Positions 13,606-27,200 of a stretch of DNA of 64,000 nt are shown here, in pieces; position 1 is the first letter of the stretch; the number at the start of each line of letters is the position of its first letter. A program made the position numbers and the translations under genes. Source of the DNA: Tubulanus polymorphus (Eukaryota > Animalia > Nemertea); assembly GCF_964204645.1 (NCBI RefSeq), contig NC_134029.1, positions 8,830,850 through 8,894,849 of the forward strand. Direction: 5' to 3'. The notes beneath the pieces are model-generated. The model was not told the origin of the DNA, did not search any database, and worked only from the letters and a program-made list of their open reading frames with translations.

Positions 13606-15849
13606 TGAGGCGGGCGTATAGGTCGGACTCTTATTCATTGTTTGTGTGCAACAGCGGATAAAACGCGAAGCCATTCGCCTGTATAAATCGAAAAATATTA
13701 AATCACCGAATAAAGGGGCGGATCCAGCGATCATGCAGTCTTGAGGGTAGCACAACTTATAGAAAGGGCAAATATAATCAACGACAAACGAGGGTGTCTA
13801 CGGGGACCTTCCCTCACAGAAAATTCTGAAAGTTAACCGCTTTTTGGTCCAATTTCCCAGCAATAAATTAAGTTCTGACGCTTCCCAGAAAATTTACTGC
13901 ATTGAAATGTAGTTTCCAGGCAATAAAGATAAAATCCTGAAAGGATGGTGCGTTGTTGAAAATTATTTGCCTTTTCTAGTGAAAATGTGCTCCTTTCTAC
14001 TTTTGGGATGCGGTACTACACACCGTGGAATTGACCACATCGCCTGCCATAAGGTGAATTCGATTGTCCTTTTGGATTTAAACATGAATTGAGGATTAAT
14101 ATATAGAACGGTGATGAAGTACCTAGACCTTGGCACGCGACGTGGTCAATTCTGAAATGTTTCCTGCTGCAATAAGGTTATCTTATATATTTGCAAATAT
14201 ATATCTAGTTTCAGATTTATCAACTTTTAACATCCATCATTTTCGCTTAACCGAACTCAAATCGATTTTTGACAAGAATCCATATGGGACATTACATTAT
14301 TGCTTCGAACTTACGATCATGCCACTTTTCGTACGGCGGTATTAACTTCGTTCAGTTGTGTCTATTATTTCCATTCTTATGTTGTTGTTATTCGTATTCA
14401 AAAACGTATTTAAGCCCAGCGCACACGACACGACATTAGACATTCGCCTCTATCACCGCGTGTACTTACGAGAAACAAGAAACGTTTTTCCGAGATCAAA
14501 CATGTTTGTTTCCGTGTTTTCCGTCCCCCTGCTACATGTGCGTTGGGCTTCATAACCGATAAATAGTATGGATTCCTGGGACTAGTAGCTATAACATTTA
14601 TCATTTTTGGACTCTTAACATCCAAGGTTAATGTCCGCACTGTCCATATCACTGGCTGTTAACATCATCTGCGCATAATTTCCATTATTGACGGCACATT
14701 TCAAATCCCGACAGCCAATATATTGGTTTAAGTAAGTCCTGGTGTATGTGTTTTGAATTATCGAGCATACCAAATAGTTTCCTGAATATGGGATCCCGCT
14801 TTTGTGTCCAGTGCAACCCTGATTGACGATTTGTTCTTACTGCTTCAGTTTATGTGATGTATAATATAGTATCTCCGGTTTTTATGAGTGTCATAACCAG
14901 ATATCCCTAACGTATATCTACTTTTTCGTTGCTTTTTGGTACTCCAGTCACTGCGCGATATATCCACGGCCGTGCAGATGCTTCACTAGTCCTGGCTAGC
15001 AGCAATCCTTGCGAACATTTCATTCTCTGGAAAAATGATTTGGCTAATTTAGCCTGGACTTCTGAAAATAAGTCTTTTTTGCCATTTTTATCGGGGAAAT
15101 AAAGTCTATCAATGCATTTTGTCAGCCGAGCAGTAGCGTCGATAATCAGCACTTCTTTTGGTTCCTCTCTACTCGGTGATATCTTCACCCGACAGAATCG
15201 GAAAGCCCCATATCGGGTTTTGCAACACGTGAGTCTAGATTTTGGACAAGGACATCCGGCAGACGCTGCTATCGATACTACGTATATTGATCTTCATTGC
15301 TGTATTTTCGTTCAAATCACAACCACAAAAACATGCCTTAAGTTTATATTTTGATCTGTTGCCTTCGTGGCTCAGGAAACAACACATGATAGCGTTTCAT
15401 TGACGTCTTGATATTCGTACGACAGTTCGGTCTTAGGATCATAAAGTAAGTACAATATAACGCAACAGAACCAGGTCGATAACCACTCGTCCCGTGTACT
15501 TTAAAATAACCACTTCTTCCACCACATTTCCGAACGGTTACAGCAATCTACTGGTTCATTTCATCACAATCGAGGAAGTTCTCGATTGCTATCTCGTTTA
15601 ATAATTCCAACGTTACGTTCACCCGCAACGTCTAGAGGATAAGCATCGAGATATTGTGAGCCGTTTGTGGACTTGATCACTCGTGTAGGAGACGTATGTC
15701 AAGCCACTAAGATTGACTAATAAGGTTAAACAGTCATCGATTTCACATCTTAATTAACAACGTATAACTAATGTTGAAAATCATTAGAAGTTACTTGAAC
15801 TATAAGCATGCCGACAGAAGTTGATATTCATTTATTTTCATTGCTTATA

Positions 15850-16110
15850 ACCATTAGCTCTCACACATGATTTAACATGTTCTTCAAACAATTAGATAAT
15901 TAACATATATGCCGTTTGATAGAAGCTTTAGTCGCAGACCTGTTCTCCAGAGTGTATCGAAAGCATTTGTAAAATCTACGAAAGCGCGGTATGGTTTCTT
16001 CTTCTCAGATTCAATGACCTCAGCTAAAATATGTAAAATATGAAAATTGTCGATAGTCGAGTGACCACGACTAAAACCTGCTTCATTGTTATGGAGGATG
16101 TTGTCTGTTT
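15850..16110 (-). mobile_element. Degenerate non-LTR retrotransposon (LINE) reverse-transcriptase fragment
   Basis: Translation NNEAGFSRGHSTIDNFHILHILAE...KKKPYRAFVDFTNAFDTLWRTGLRLKLLSNGI matches LINE RT motifs 'Q.GFR...ST.D' and 'FVDF.KAFD.V'. A stop and frameshift precede a 'VKSCVR' continuation. Confidence 0.85.
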
Positions 16111-16321
16111 CAATATAACATGTCAGATGAAATCTTCGGTTATAAATGGAACCTTCGGAAACTATCTTAACAAGCAAGAAACCAATTTGTTCGGCTACGC
16201 AAACCAAATGTGTCCGTGGTTTGATGTGCGCCATGTGGCGAACAAACTGCCATTATTCAAGTTACGTTTCGATATGCAAACCTTACATCATGGCATGATA
16301 GAACAAATGTATGTATATATC

Positions 16322-16853
16322 TCCCGGTAAAAATCCCACCGGGTAAAAATCCCCAGGTATAAAAAACCCCTGGCAAAAATCCACTAAGTTGAATTTCTCG
16401 ACAAAATCTATCAATGTTCTCTGATATTCTCTGTAGAATTGAACCGTTGGCAAATTAAGACTGGTTATTCTGAAAATAGATTATTCGTACTCAAGAGTAA
16501 TCTTTCTTGATCGAATCTATCTAGATTTAAAGAGCACTTGCTGGTGTGCGGAGGGAATTTTGAAACAAATCACAGAAATGAGTTCGAGTTATTTTGAACA
16601 AAATTTTGCTTACACACAAGTTAACGGACAGATAGACGGCGGCAAAACAAAATGTCCTCATTGACGAAAGTTACAATCATCATTCCTTCAAATTCCAATA
16701 AGTGCAACCAAGAGCTCTAATTTGATTGAAAAAAAAGAGTTTTGGGGATAATTTCATAGGGATGATATTTAAGTGCGGGGAATTAACTGGGTGGATTATT
16801 ACCAGTGTAATTTTTACCGCAGGAATATTTACCGGGAGATTTTTACCTGTTAC
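16322..16853. mobile_element. Non-autonomous DNA element with inverted subterminal ~16-bp repeats
   Basis: Tandem ggtaaaaatccc-like units at 16324-16385 are mirrored by ggg.atttttacc-like units at ~16780-16850. Confidence 0.5.
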
Positions 16854-18573
16854 ATTCTATCGCAATTAATGTAATATATAACATTTCAATTGGATGTAGA
16901 TGAATGTACAGGGAATTTATATCGTAATGGTATCGAATTCGATGAAATAATAATAATTTGTCGACGAAAAGTATGTCGTTGAACCAATTTAACGATGCGG
17001 CGGGCGATGCCTCATTTCCCATACTTCAATATTTAACGCCGATGCTTTCAACTGTTGTTAAAACCTATACATAGTAATTATCTATAGTTGCCCAATGTGA
17101 AAATAATTGCCTGATTTTTGCCATTCACTTGGATTTTGTTCGTTGATTGCTCAGTTTGAGAGCGCTCGGAATGTTATTGCAATTACGATTGCAAATAAAC
17201 AAATCCATTATCGACTAAATCTAATTCCAGACAACTGACGATCGGATGATCTAACCGATTATTAAATTCAAATAATACATCCCATTTTCCTGATGGTTCG
17301 GAAATTTGATTTGTATGTTAGTTATGCCGGGCCAATAGAAGTAAAAAAGTTCAAATGTTTGCTTCTGAATCCTGGCATGGAATTAAAACTCAACGAATCA
17401 GCCGAGTTGATTTTCGCGGTTCAGTTTCATGAAACAAGTCTACGCTTAAAACGGCCAGCTTTGAATTGTTGGCCTCATTGAAAGAATGAATTAACCAATA
17501 GCTGGTAAATCAAAAATATGAGTTCAAATTTTTTCGTTTAACTGAATCCAGTGTCTTCCTCTTATTTTCATCACCTTAAGTCAAACAACCGCTGCGGCTA
17601 GAACAGTAAGCTGCGCGGCTATTGTTATTTGATTGATGAATAAACTATTAAAGGAAGTTCGGATAGTGACATTGGCTCTGTTGATAACGCGTTCCTTTCA
17701 CAATGGCCAATTATAGACCACTATCAATAATCGATCATCCATTCGAAGACAAATGCACATCGAGTAACGACCTTGGCGGTTTTAAGCACGCGTGTCTTAT
17801 GTCGATTGTTGCTACACACCTCTACAAGTCAACGCGTGCGGCAGTGTTGAACGATGTAAGTGGTGCCTTAATGAATCGAAGGTCGATTTGTAATTAGATT
17901 TGCGAGCCCGTGGCTATGCATAAAACCTGCTTAGATCTATATTACATATACAAGGTAGATGCTCGGTTTTCCAATGGATGTCCCATTTTCCACGGATCAC
18001 GCAAAACGTCTGCTCTTGGGGGCTTGGCAAATATGCTTTTGCTAAGAATTCCAAATTTAGATTCCCTTACGTATGCGGGTTCGTGTGCAATAACCCTAAA
18101 TAACTCGCGCTCTCGCCTTAATTACTTTGGTCTTCTTACTTTCAAAAGAGATTATTAAGCATTTCCCCAAGAACACCCAGCTCGTCCAAGTGAAGATTAT
18201 CATTTCTATCGAGAAAAACGCGTTCGTTGTGATCAAAAGGATTCTATACTCGTCGTGTGTACTGTCTTTTTTGTGTCAGGGATTCTGTTTCGAAATGCTA
18301 CCAGTAGTATCCTTTGAAGTGTGTATTTCCCGCGACAGCTGTATGCGGCTGTTTTGAAGTGTTTCCATCTCCCCGAGAGATATTAGATTTCGGGATTTAG
18401 TCGTTCAGAAAAGGACACCATAAAATTACATCATTTAAGATTGACGCACAGGTGTGGTGAATTTGTAAGGGATACACTGAATATGTACGATAAAACCAAA
18501 TAAAGAAGGAAAATCATCGATATGTTTAAATTGGAATTTTGTCTTATTATCCATCCATAATTTCATGATCAAA

Positions 18574-18646
18574 AGGTTTCGGCGGGGCTCGAACCCGCGG
18601 CCTTCCGCGTGTGAAGCGGACGTGATAACCACTACACTACGAAACC
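18574..18646 (-). tRNA. tRNA-Val(CAC)
   Basis: Minus strand reads GGTTTCG TA GTGTAGTGGTTATCAC G TCCGC TT-CAC-AC GCGGA AGGCC GCGGG TTCGAGC CCCGC CGAAACC T. Full cloverleaf with A and B boxes; TTTT begins at position 73. Confidence 0.93.
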
Positions 18647-21600
18647 GTTATGCCTGTGTGCGCGAATCAAATCGTGATGGCAGTAGTGCTAATAGTTAAT
18701 TCATAAGAGTTACGACAAAATGGCATCAATTTCATCAATTTAGCTTCTTAGCCCTTCGCCGAGTGAACTGGGGACAGGAGGGATTCGGGGTTTAGATATT
18801 GTGTTTGCTGAGGTAAGGTGGGAGTCTTAGCTTTCCGAAGAGCCCTTAATCGAAAAAATCGATTCAGAATTACTGATCGAACGCACCGTTTTTGTTTTAT
18901 AAAATCATGGTCGTTTTTGTTGCGCGGTACAGTCTAATGTTGCCGATTTTTTTCCGGATAAATCGCGTGGTTTTACTACCTTAAAGGCGCTATCCCTATA
19001 AACCATAAACTACTTGGTATAGCGCAGAAATTCACTATCTTTATGAATAATCGTACTTGAAGCGGATTGGGCGACTTATAATGAAGTTTCAAACTGTTGA
19101 AGTAACCTATCGCACGATTCGACGAGGAGTTGTGGCTCCCTTGTATTGCCTATCGAAACCTTTAATCAACAACTCTCTGATAATCGGTATACGCGGTCTT
19201 GTCTCTGTTAGATTAGACTAAAACAAACTCGATAACACCGTGATGATTCGATGCGATCGAAAACTGTCGCTTTCCCGGTTCAGTTTTCACGCTTATTCGC
19301 AGATTACATCATTGATTATAATCTTACCCGTCGTAATTTCTAAAAAGAATTCCCGTATACTTGTTATTCGTAAGTGCCACATCACACGACAAGCAAACTC
19401 TAGACCTCTGTCTGATTCAATTCGCACACAACGGCTCCTTAATCATTTTCAAATTCTCCTGCAAATCCTCCATGCAGTATTGTAGTGTCGCCAATAACGC
19501 GGTGCTGCCTGCTGTTTTACTTCCGGGTTTTATTTTACGATTGTAAATTGTCAGATTCGATTTCTGTGAATGTTTAGTTCTTTCGGTTTTCGGGAGGACT
19601 GATTATTTGCACTACAGAAAATTAATTCATCTTTGGCAATATTTCGCAAAGGTCGAGGTAAAAATAGCTTTTCCTCCAATCGGCACTGGGCACGGATGAT
19701 GATTTCGGGATGCTAATTAGCCACGTGTTTGAACGCAGATTCAATCAAAATTTATTCAGAAAAAATATCAGATCCAATTGAGATTTATTTGATTCAAAAA
19801 ACGGTATCAAATCATCAAATCGAATTCTACATTATTCGGTATTCAAATTAATGAGATGAAGAAACACTGGTTTTCTGTACACGTCCTCTCTCGCAGGTAT
19901 TTGCGGCCCTGCCTCACAAGAGTATCCTTACCCTGGAAGATGGTCTGCGTAACAGTTCGTGTATGAAAATATCACGATCAACACGCTAGCCAATGAGATA
20001 TCACATTTTAGTTAAGCGAATTAACGAGTTCTGACAAATATCAGGCCCGTGCAAAGCCTTTTAGAGGGGCAGTTCTTTTTCGAGAAAAGGGCGCTTTCCT
20101 ATTGAAAAGGGACTTAAATATGAAGTGTCCGGGTACCTGAATGAATCATTTGAGAATTTATTACTTTTCATTTCCAAAAAAATATCAAAATTGTATCCAA
20201 ATTTCGAAAAATCTTGACCAGAATTTTATTACACGGACTTTTAGAGGGGTGTATGCTATACCCGCGCAGAGTCACGATACCACCAGGTTCGGATGCTTGC
20301 CTGAGAATATGTTGAAGTTTTCGGATAAACGAACTACTTCTCGCCAAGTTTTGTCAGTCTTGTCGACTAAGTCCACTGAATTATATCATATCTAATTGCT
20401 ACTAAAATCCACGCATACCGATAATTTCAATTTTGAAATGCAATTACGCCAGCCGTGATCCATCTCCTATTTCAATTTCGAAGCGACTTAATATTCGAAC
20501 GACCGGTATATCTGCTGCACTCGGTAAAAAAAGAATTGGTGAACGCTATTAAAATACGAGATCGTCGCAATAATAAAATTCAGCCTCGCGGGTTTTATTC
20601 AATCAATCATTATAAGCGATCCTTAAATTACTTCCAGCGCTGCTTATGTTGGAATCGGAAATGCGGCTATTCATTTCCGTGCGAAAGGGGCTTATCAAAA
20701 TCTACTCCTTCAACATCTCTACTGAATATGATAAAACCAGTTGTATGTGAATGGCTATAGGGGAGTCGCATCGGCTCTCTATCGACCACCACCTGATTAA
20801 AGGCTGGCACGCGATATATACTTTTCCTTTCAAAAGTGCACACGTTTTCACGATATGCTGTTATAGCGTGTTTTGTTGCCAGGTGGTTTTTTGTTTTGTT
20901 TATATATACGAATGTTGTTTCTTTAGGTTTTTCTTCTTCCAAGTGAGAGAAAAAAAAACATGTGGATAGATAACTAAACTCAAAAATGTTTTTGAAACGT
21001 GACTTACGTTGGCTCTAAATCCAACACATTCGACAACAGATATGTACATATATACATTGTGGGATAGACCGTTGGGTTTTCAAAGGTCACGGGGATGAGG
21101 GATAGAGATTCAAGTTTCAAATGTATATTACAAGTTCAAATACACTTGTGAGTAGGAGTTATACCGTAACTCGCAGTTGAATCAGTTAATTTTCAATGAG
21201 TTAAAACTCAAATCCTACGTATACTCACATGGAACTAGGTCAGATAACTAACCCTAAAGTCTCGAAGAACCCCAATCTGCATTCTATATTGGCGAAAAAC
21301 CTTAAAAAGCTTCACCGAGAACCCCCGAAGAATCCTTCGTTCTAAGAGTGTACGGTGGCTGGTTCGATGTATATTCTCTTTACTTCAGAGAGAATTTCAG
21401 AGGGTCTGCTTTTGGCTTACGTTGATGCCCTTTAGATAATTTTTGAAAAAAAATACAGACATCATGAACTATAAATGGTCATTTGGAAATCTAATCACTA
21501 GATTTGCGTGGCTAAAATATATAATTTTTTTCATGCTGCATTTGTATATCACGCCTGCTAATATTTCAAAAACGTTATAAGAAAATGAAGAGAGCGCACG

Positions 21601-22363
21601 CGCCTTTAAGAAGCGTCTGAAATTGACTTAATAGTAGCACTTGATTGATCTAGTTCTCCATTATATCATTCAAGACTGTTGTGTTGGTAAAAAGTCACAT
21701 TAACTGGATCTTCAAAAACCGAAAGAGAAGATCGCTGGAAAAATTCCATAGGGCAAAGTTGAGAGACAAACGATATTTTCGGTGCAATTACATTAATTCT
21801 GACTAAGGCTAAAAAAATCGATACCTTGTTTTACATTTCTGCTGAGCTTAAAAGCTGACCCGGTCGGCTGCCTATCTACTCTGTACATTACTTTTGATTA
21901 AATCGTGATCAGGCTAACCATAACAAACCCGGCAGCTATAGAAATGAACTGATTTACAAATTTCATTGCAGTTTTTTTAAAGTAACCCGGCCGATTAGGA
22001 GAAACAAGGTGTCATTTTTAGCATAATGGGGCATGATCCATATAACGTACGTGAAAATATACTATTAATTCTCATTATGAAACGCGATTCATATTGTTTT
22101 ATGCGCTGCAATCCCAAGAGAAGGTTTATATTACAAATTACCCTTACCGAGAGAATATTTGAATTTTGAAATGACGAGTAATTCAAACTCTAAAACGCAA
22201 GAAATCTTCGATCGGCGGGTTACTTCAATTTCTTAATACATCTATAGTTCATCTGTTGCATTAAGTAAAACGCCATACTACACTCTCTGAAAGTTGCGTA
22301 TGCGCCGCTGGGTTGAATTGGGTTCTAAAGATTAAGTGACAATATAAAGACAATAATTATCTA

Positions 22364-22435
22364 GCCGTGATCGTCTAGAGGTTAGGACATTGCGTTGTGG
22401 CCGCAATAACCCAGGTTCGAATCCTGGTCACGGCA
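22364..22435 (+). tRNA. tRNA-His(GTG)
   Basis: GCCGTGA...TTGCG TT-GTG-GC CGCAA TAAC CCAGG TTCGAAT CCTGG TCACGGC A. Complete cloverleaf followed by a T6 Pol III terminator, with a TATA-like aatataaa about 20 nt upstream. Confidence 0.95.
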
Positions 22436-23470
22436 TGGTTTTTTCCATTTCAATTCTGGTTTGACCACATTCTTATTTATATCGTTAAACTATTTTGATA
22501 TTCAAAATTGAAAGTTATCTGACTTTTAATTAAAGCAAACGGCATTTCGCGTTTCAACTTATGGCTTACTATCATCATATGTAATGGGTGGCCTCCACCA
22601 GCAGCCCACGTTGATGTAAGCCAATACATTATAATTGTGTTGCGTTATGAAGCACCGGAAAAACCACAATTATTCAATCAATAATCAAAGTTAAAATTAG
22701 AATTGAAAATGCGTTCAATTACGGTGGTCGCCTCGGTCAGGATAGAATTCGTAGTCCAAGCAGGCAGGTCTGGTTTGGGACAGAGTGCATATCAACAATT
22801 AGCTTATTTACAAATCTGACTGCACGCGACCTTAGACGACACGACCGGCCGGTCAATCAACAATGTCAATACAATTAATGAGTGATAAGTGGCCAAACCG
22901 AATCAATTACTGTAACGCGCTGTAACTGTATTATCAGCGACAGTATAGCGCAAATGAGAATTCATCGATTGTTATCCTTAAACTATCGCGGGATTTGTTT
23001 CGTTCAAAGAAAACGGAGTAAAATTCGCAAGCGCAACAACGTACGCTCTTGGCATTCGCATGTTGGTCGTCTCCGAAGTTCTTGCCCCATCCCGTAGCGC
23101 TCTAGTTGTCATTTCCCTAATCTCTATAGAACGGTTTTTGTTCTGCGGTAAAACTGATGCGAAAAGAGCGTGTCCGAATCCGTTCGGTCGTATAATTCAT
23201 TCAAAGAAGATGAATGGCAAATTTCTCATAATCGACGTTTACTCGAAGTCACGAAAATGGATGCCGGATCTATTTTTCATATGGTTGAAATATTTGTATA
23301 AGTACTGTATTTCGATGGCTCTCATCAGCAGAAAATGTCTGGCTCGGTGACTGGCATGGCGATACGCACGTGTATGAAATCGGAAAAAGATGTACTTTTT
23401 CGAGTTAAATAGGACGAAATGTGATTGTTTAATATTTCAGCAGTTTATAAAAGGTCTTCGTTTCTGACTT

Positions 23471-23640
23471 CATCCTTCTCGGCAGGGAATCGAACCTGAC
23501 AGCATCGCTATTAACTCAGCCACGCTATACTAGCAAGAATGCGCAGCTACATGCGCAGCTTCGATGTTATCATTATTAGCCAATCAAAATAGCTGTTTCC
23601 ATTTTAGCCCGGATTTTCTATTTATAGTTCTTCCGCGAAT
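23471..23640. mobile_element. Truncated copy of the Mutator-like MITE
   Basis: Same TIR and internal CATGCGCAG/CCAATCA segment as 3786 and 45546. Confidence 0.7.
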
Positions 23641-24084
23641 GTGCCCCTCCTTTTCATGATTACAAAACAAGCGAATGTTTGACGCATTCTATACTTAATA
23701 ATTCTGTTCCGTTGGTCTTTTTGTGATCGTTTTGTGTACGGAAAGATCTGCTTGTGTTTTTTTCTGGCGTGCTATTGCCGAAGAAAATTACAGAAATGGA
23801 AAAGTCGATATCAATTATGTAAGACGCCACTCGTATAACTCGCGACTGCGTGTCGTATAACTAGAATAACCACCTTATATCCGGGACGAGCTGGCTTACT
23901 TTCTCTTTTTTCTAATTTGTAAAAAAAACCTCCCCAGTTCGATTTTTTTCTTGGAATACGAAGAAAACGACGACGACTAATCTATGATATCGCAGTTCTG
24001 ATTCGAAAAGTGAACCTAATTACTTCCTGTCCGTAGGTTGTATTGTTGATTTTTTTGCCGCTCGAATATTACTGAGACGTGCGC

Positions 24085-24280
24085 AGGAGAGGCGCAGTAG
24101 CCGAGGGGTTTAAACCGGCGGTCGCGTCGATTCAGGGTTTATGGGTTCAAATCCTGGTGGCGACAGAGTTTCTTGGTAGAAGATTCTTCTCTGGTCTCTC
24201 TTCCGTCGGGAAAAAGAAACATCGAACACGCTTATGATGCCCTGCGTGGCGCTTAGAGGGTTGAGGGTGTTAAAAAAAAA
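24085..24280 (+). mobile_element. tRNA-derived SINE, apparently full length
   Basis: A-box TAGCCGAGGGG (24098-24108), B-box GGTTCAAATCC (24144-24154), A9 tail, and flanking direct repeat ACGTGCG (24077-24083 / 24282-24288). 3' body is shared with 13420-13605. Confidence 0.75.
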
Positions 24281-27200
24281 TACGTGCGTGGACTTAAGCT
24301 TTGTTCCGCATGAAAAGTCGTAAGCTTATGTAAAAGTTACTTCGTTATCTATTTAGTTTAGTTGGATATTTCTCAACGCTGAAGTATAATTCAATTTAAC
24401 CGAACAGACTCTTTACAAAATCGATACACCCTTTTCGGGTCGAGATGTACAAAGTGAAACATACAAACCTTAGAATTTAACATTAAAACAATTAAACGAT
24501 ACATATAAAAGAGTCACATCGTCATGATATTACTATCAAGATATAAACTGGAGACAATTATAAGCATATAAACATTGAAATACACCACCGAAAATCAATT
24601 ATAAACTCCATCAAGCGTTAGTCTCACTGTTTAAAATTTCAAAGCCTTATCATTTCCCAATTGAATCATGCAACCTGTTATCTATAAGCAAATTCTTGAA
24701 TTTTGTTTAGCTATCCCAATTTGAAGATTCTGGGTAGAAATTACAATGAACGTCTAAGTAATTGAACTAATTCCATACACATTATTGTTATTATGCAATA
24801 ACCTTCAAGCGTCACTATAAACGTCACCTCGCATTTCTGAACATCAACTTCTTGTGGCCATCCATTAATCTTAATTCATTCATTCACGGTGATTTTCTTT
24901 TCCTTTATCACCATAACCTCTCAAGACAAGTAACTAAGATAATTCCGCAACTTAACTTCTTCATTTTTGTTACTATTATGGTCACTGCTAGGCCCTCGTC
25001 GCCATCGCTCCTTCTTACGCTTTTACCCTTTAAAGTTTTAAATTATTTACGCAGGGGTTTGTCTTTATGTTGGCTTATTCGGGACAAAAGAATATTCTTT
25101 TCATCTTCCACGAAAACGCACAAAAACAAACTTTTAACCGTGAAAACAAATCATTTCGTTTTTGCACCATATCTTTTCAACGAATGTTTTTTTTCCGCAA
25201 AAACAAATTTAAGCAATCCTTCGGAATTTTTGAACCCCTGACGCGCTCATAATGTATGTATTTTTACTTCGTAATGAAATGTACCTTGTATTGTATCTAT
25301 TCGATGTGTTCGACATACAATTTGTAATCGTAAAATAAAAACCCGGAAGTAAAACAGTAGACGGTACCGCGGTTTCACGCTCTCTTGCATTTGTTTTGAA
25401 ACTGATTTGCGGTCAGATTTTTGCGAAAAAGCGCCAGCAAAGTAAAAACGTGGCCATTTTTTAAGTATTCAGCTACCTACGAATTGGAGAATGTATGAAA
25501 TCTTCATTTAATACGTGGTTTGTATTAGTATATGCTCAGTTTCTAAGTCCAAGGCCTTACATCTGGAAACCATAACATTTTAATTTGCTCCATTTTATGG
25601 GAAGCAATATCCTCAGTCTACGGCTGGTCTAAACAAATTATCATTCAAAATTGGATCAAATAAGAGTTGTTATTTCTATATATAGAAATTACGGGCTAAA
25701 TTGTTTCAAATTTTTTAAGATACAATCTGTTATGAAGTTCTGAATACATGAAATTGTGTAAAACCGCACACGATTAGCTAACCACTTTTGTGAGCGAGCG
25801 GCCTTGGGGTAAGTAAACGAACCACTCAAATTTACCGTTGTGTCCAGAATCTCGACCACTACGGTACAGTTCCCTGCGTGATTAGTCTTAAAAATAGGCC
25901 TGCTTCACGTCCAACATCCCGGTATACTTGACACACTTCGCCGTGTAGGCATGTATTCTTGAATAAAAACATGCGTTAAATGATAGCATCTGCAGGATTA
26001 ATCGTTTAATCAATTCATATTCTCTTAGCTGATTTATTAATGATAGTTGATAGAGTGTATCCTCTAAAATAGTTATAAGGCTTTGTTAGAGTGAAGGCTA
26101 TCATAGATATGAGAGTGTGCAATTTCTTTTCAATCCTCGCATTCTCACGGTAACGTTGGTATATATTATGTATCTTGACGATGCTAATATCGTCAATGAT
26201 TCGTCGGTATGCTGCCTTGACCTTTCCATGCGAAGTCATTTTGGAAGGTTAACAGTGTTATATTACTAATTTCTATCGAGTTAATGGTGGAGGAACGATT
26301 TAGAAACGCCGTTTGAATGTCGGCATCGGGCAGGTTGGAGCTGGCCATATAAATGTTAAACGTAGATCATAAACGTATCGCCTATCGAAGAATCTCCTCG
26401 CTAAAAGCCACTCGGTCCCTGTTCGTGGAATGGATTACCCTTATATTTACGTACCATCGATGCTAATGATACTTTTAAAGTTGGTCGTAAAACGTATCTA
26501 TTTACTCAATATTATTTAAACTAATGTTTTGAATCCTTATGGATTCGGTGTTTTAAATTATTTCAAAAAATATTATTGTGAACCGCTTTGAAACGCATGT
26601 GTAAGGCGGTACAAAAATACAAATTATTATCATTATAATAATAATAATTATCATTATTACTCGGTCACCATCGGTAACTTTCGCATCTGAAATCTAGATC
26701 ATTCCGTTGAAGATACACCGTATTTTCTTGTCCGCATTGAAAATGAGTAATTGGTCGAGTTGTACACAAGGTTATTTCTTTGAATTACAAAATAGTCCAT
26801 GGAAATGTTTCTGCTTCAGGAATGCGTTTTAGATTTACATCGTAAAGATTCCCAATACTTTTGCTTTGTGGTAGAATAGCTACACGCTGACATGGAGAAC
26901 CGAAAATAAGTTTAGATTAAGAAGATTAAAACGAAAACATCAAATTCTGTTTATGGTGGGTGTTTAACATACGGTACTTTTCTTAAGATGTGTTCAAAGA
27001 GGTAAAAGTTTGACGAGCTAAATACCTAAATATGCACTGCATCTGCATGAGATATTATACCTTATGCCTTGAAAAAATAACACATATATTATTAGATAGA
27101 ATAACACTTGTGAAATATATACAATTACAAAATAAACGCCAAAAATTTATAATTGTAATGTTTACTTTGAAACGCCAATATTGATGAGGCAGTGCACATG

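Noticed and set aside
20803-20942. Hydrophobic frame (…AVIACFVARWFFVLFIYTNVVSLGFSSS) ending aa|GTGAGA in phase 2, an alternative signal-peptide exon
   Set aside because: No in-frame ATG after the upstream stop, a weak acceptor, and T-rich sequence that yields hydrophobic codons by chance. Kept only as an alternative.
23295-23330. Minus-strand CTGATGA-GAGCCATC-GAAA hammerhead-like string
   Set aside because: Helix II is only 2 bp and helices I and III cannot form; expected by chance.
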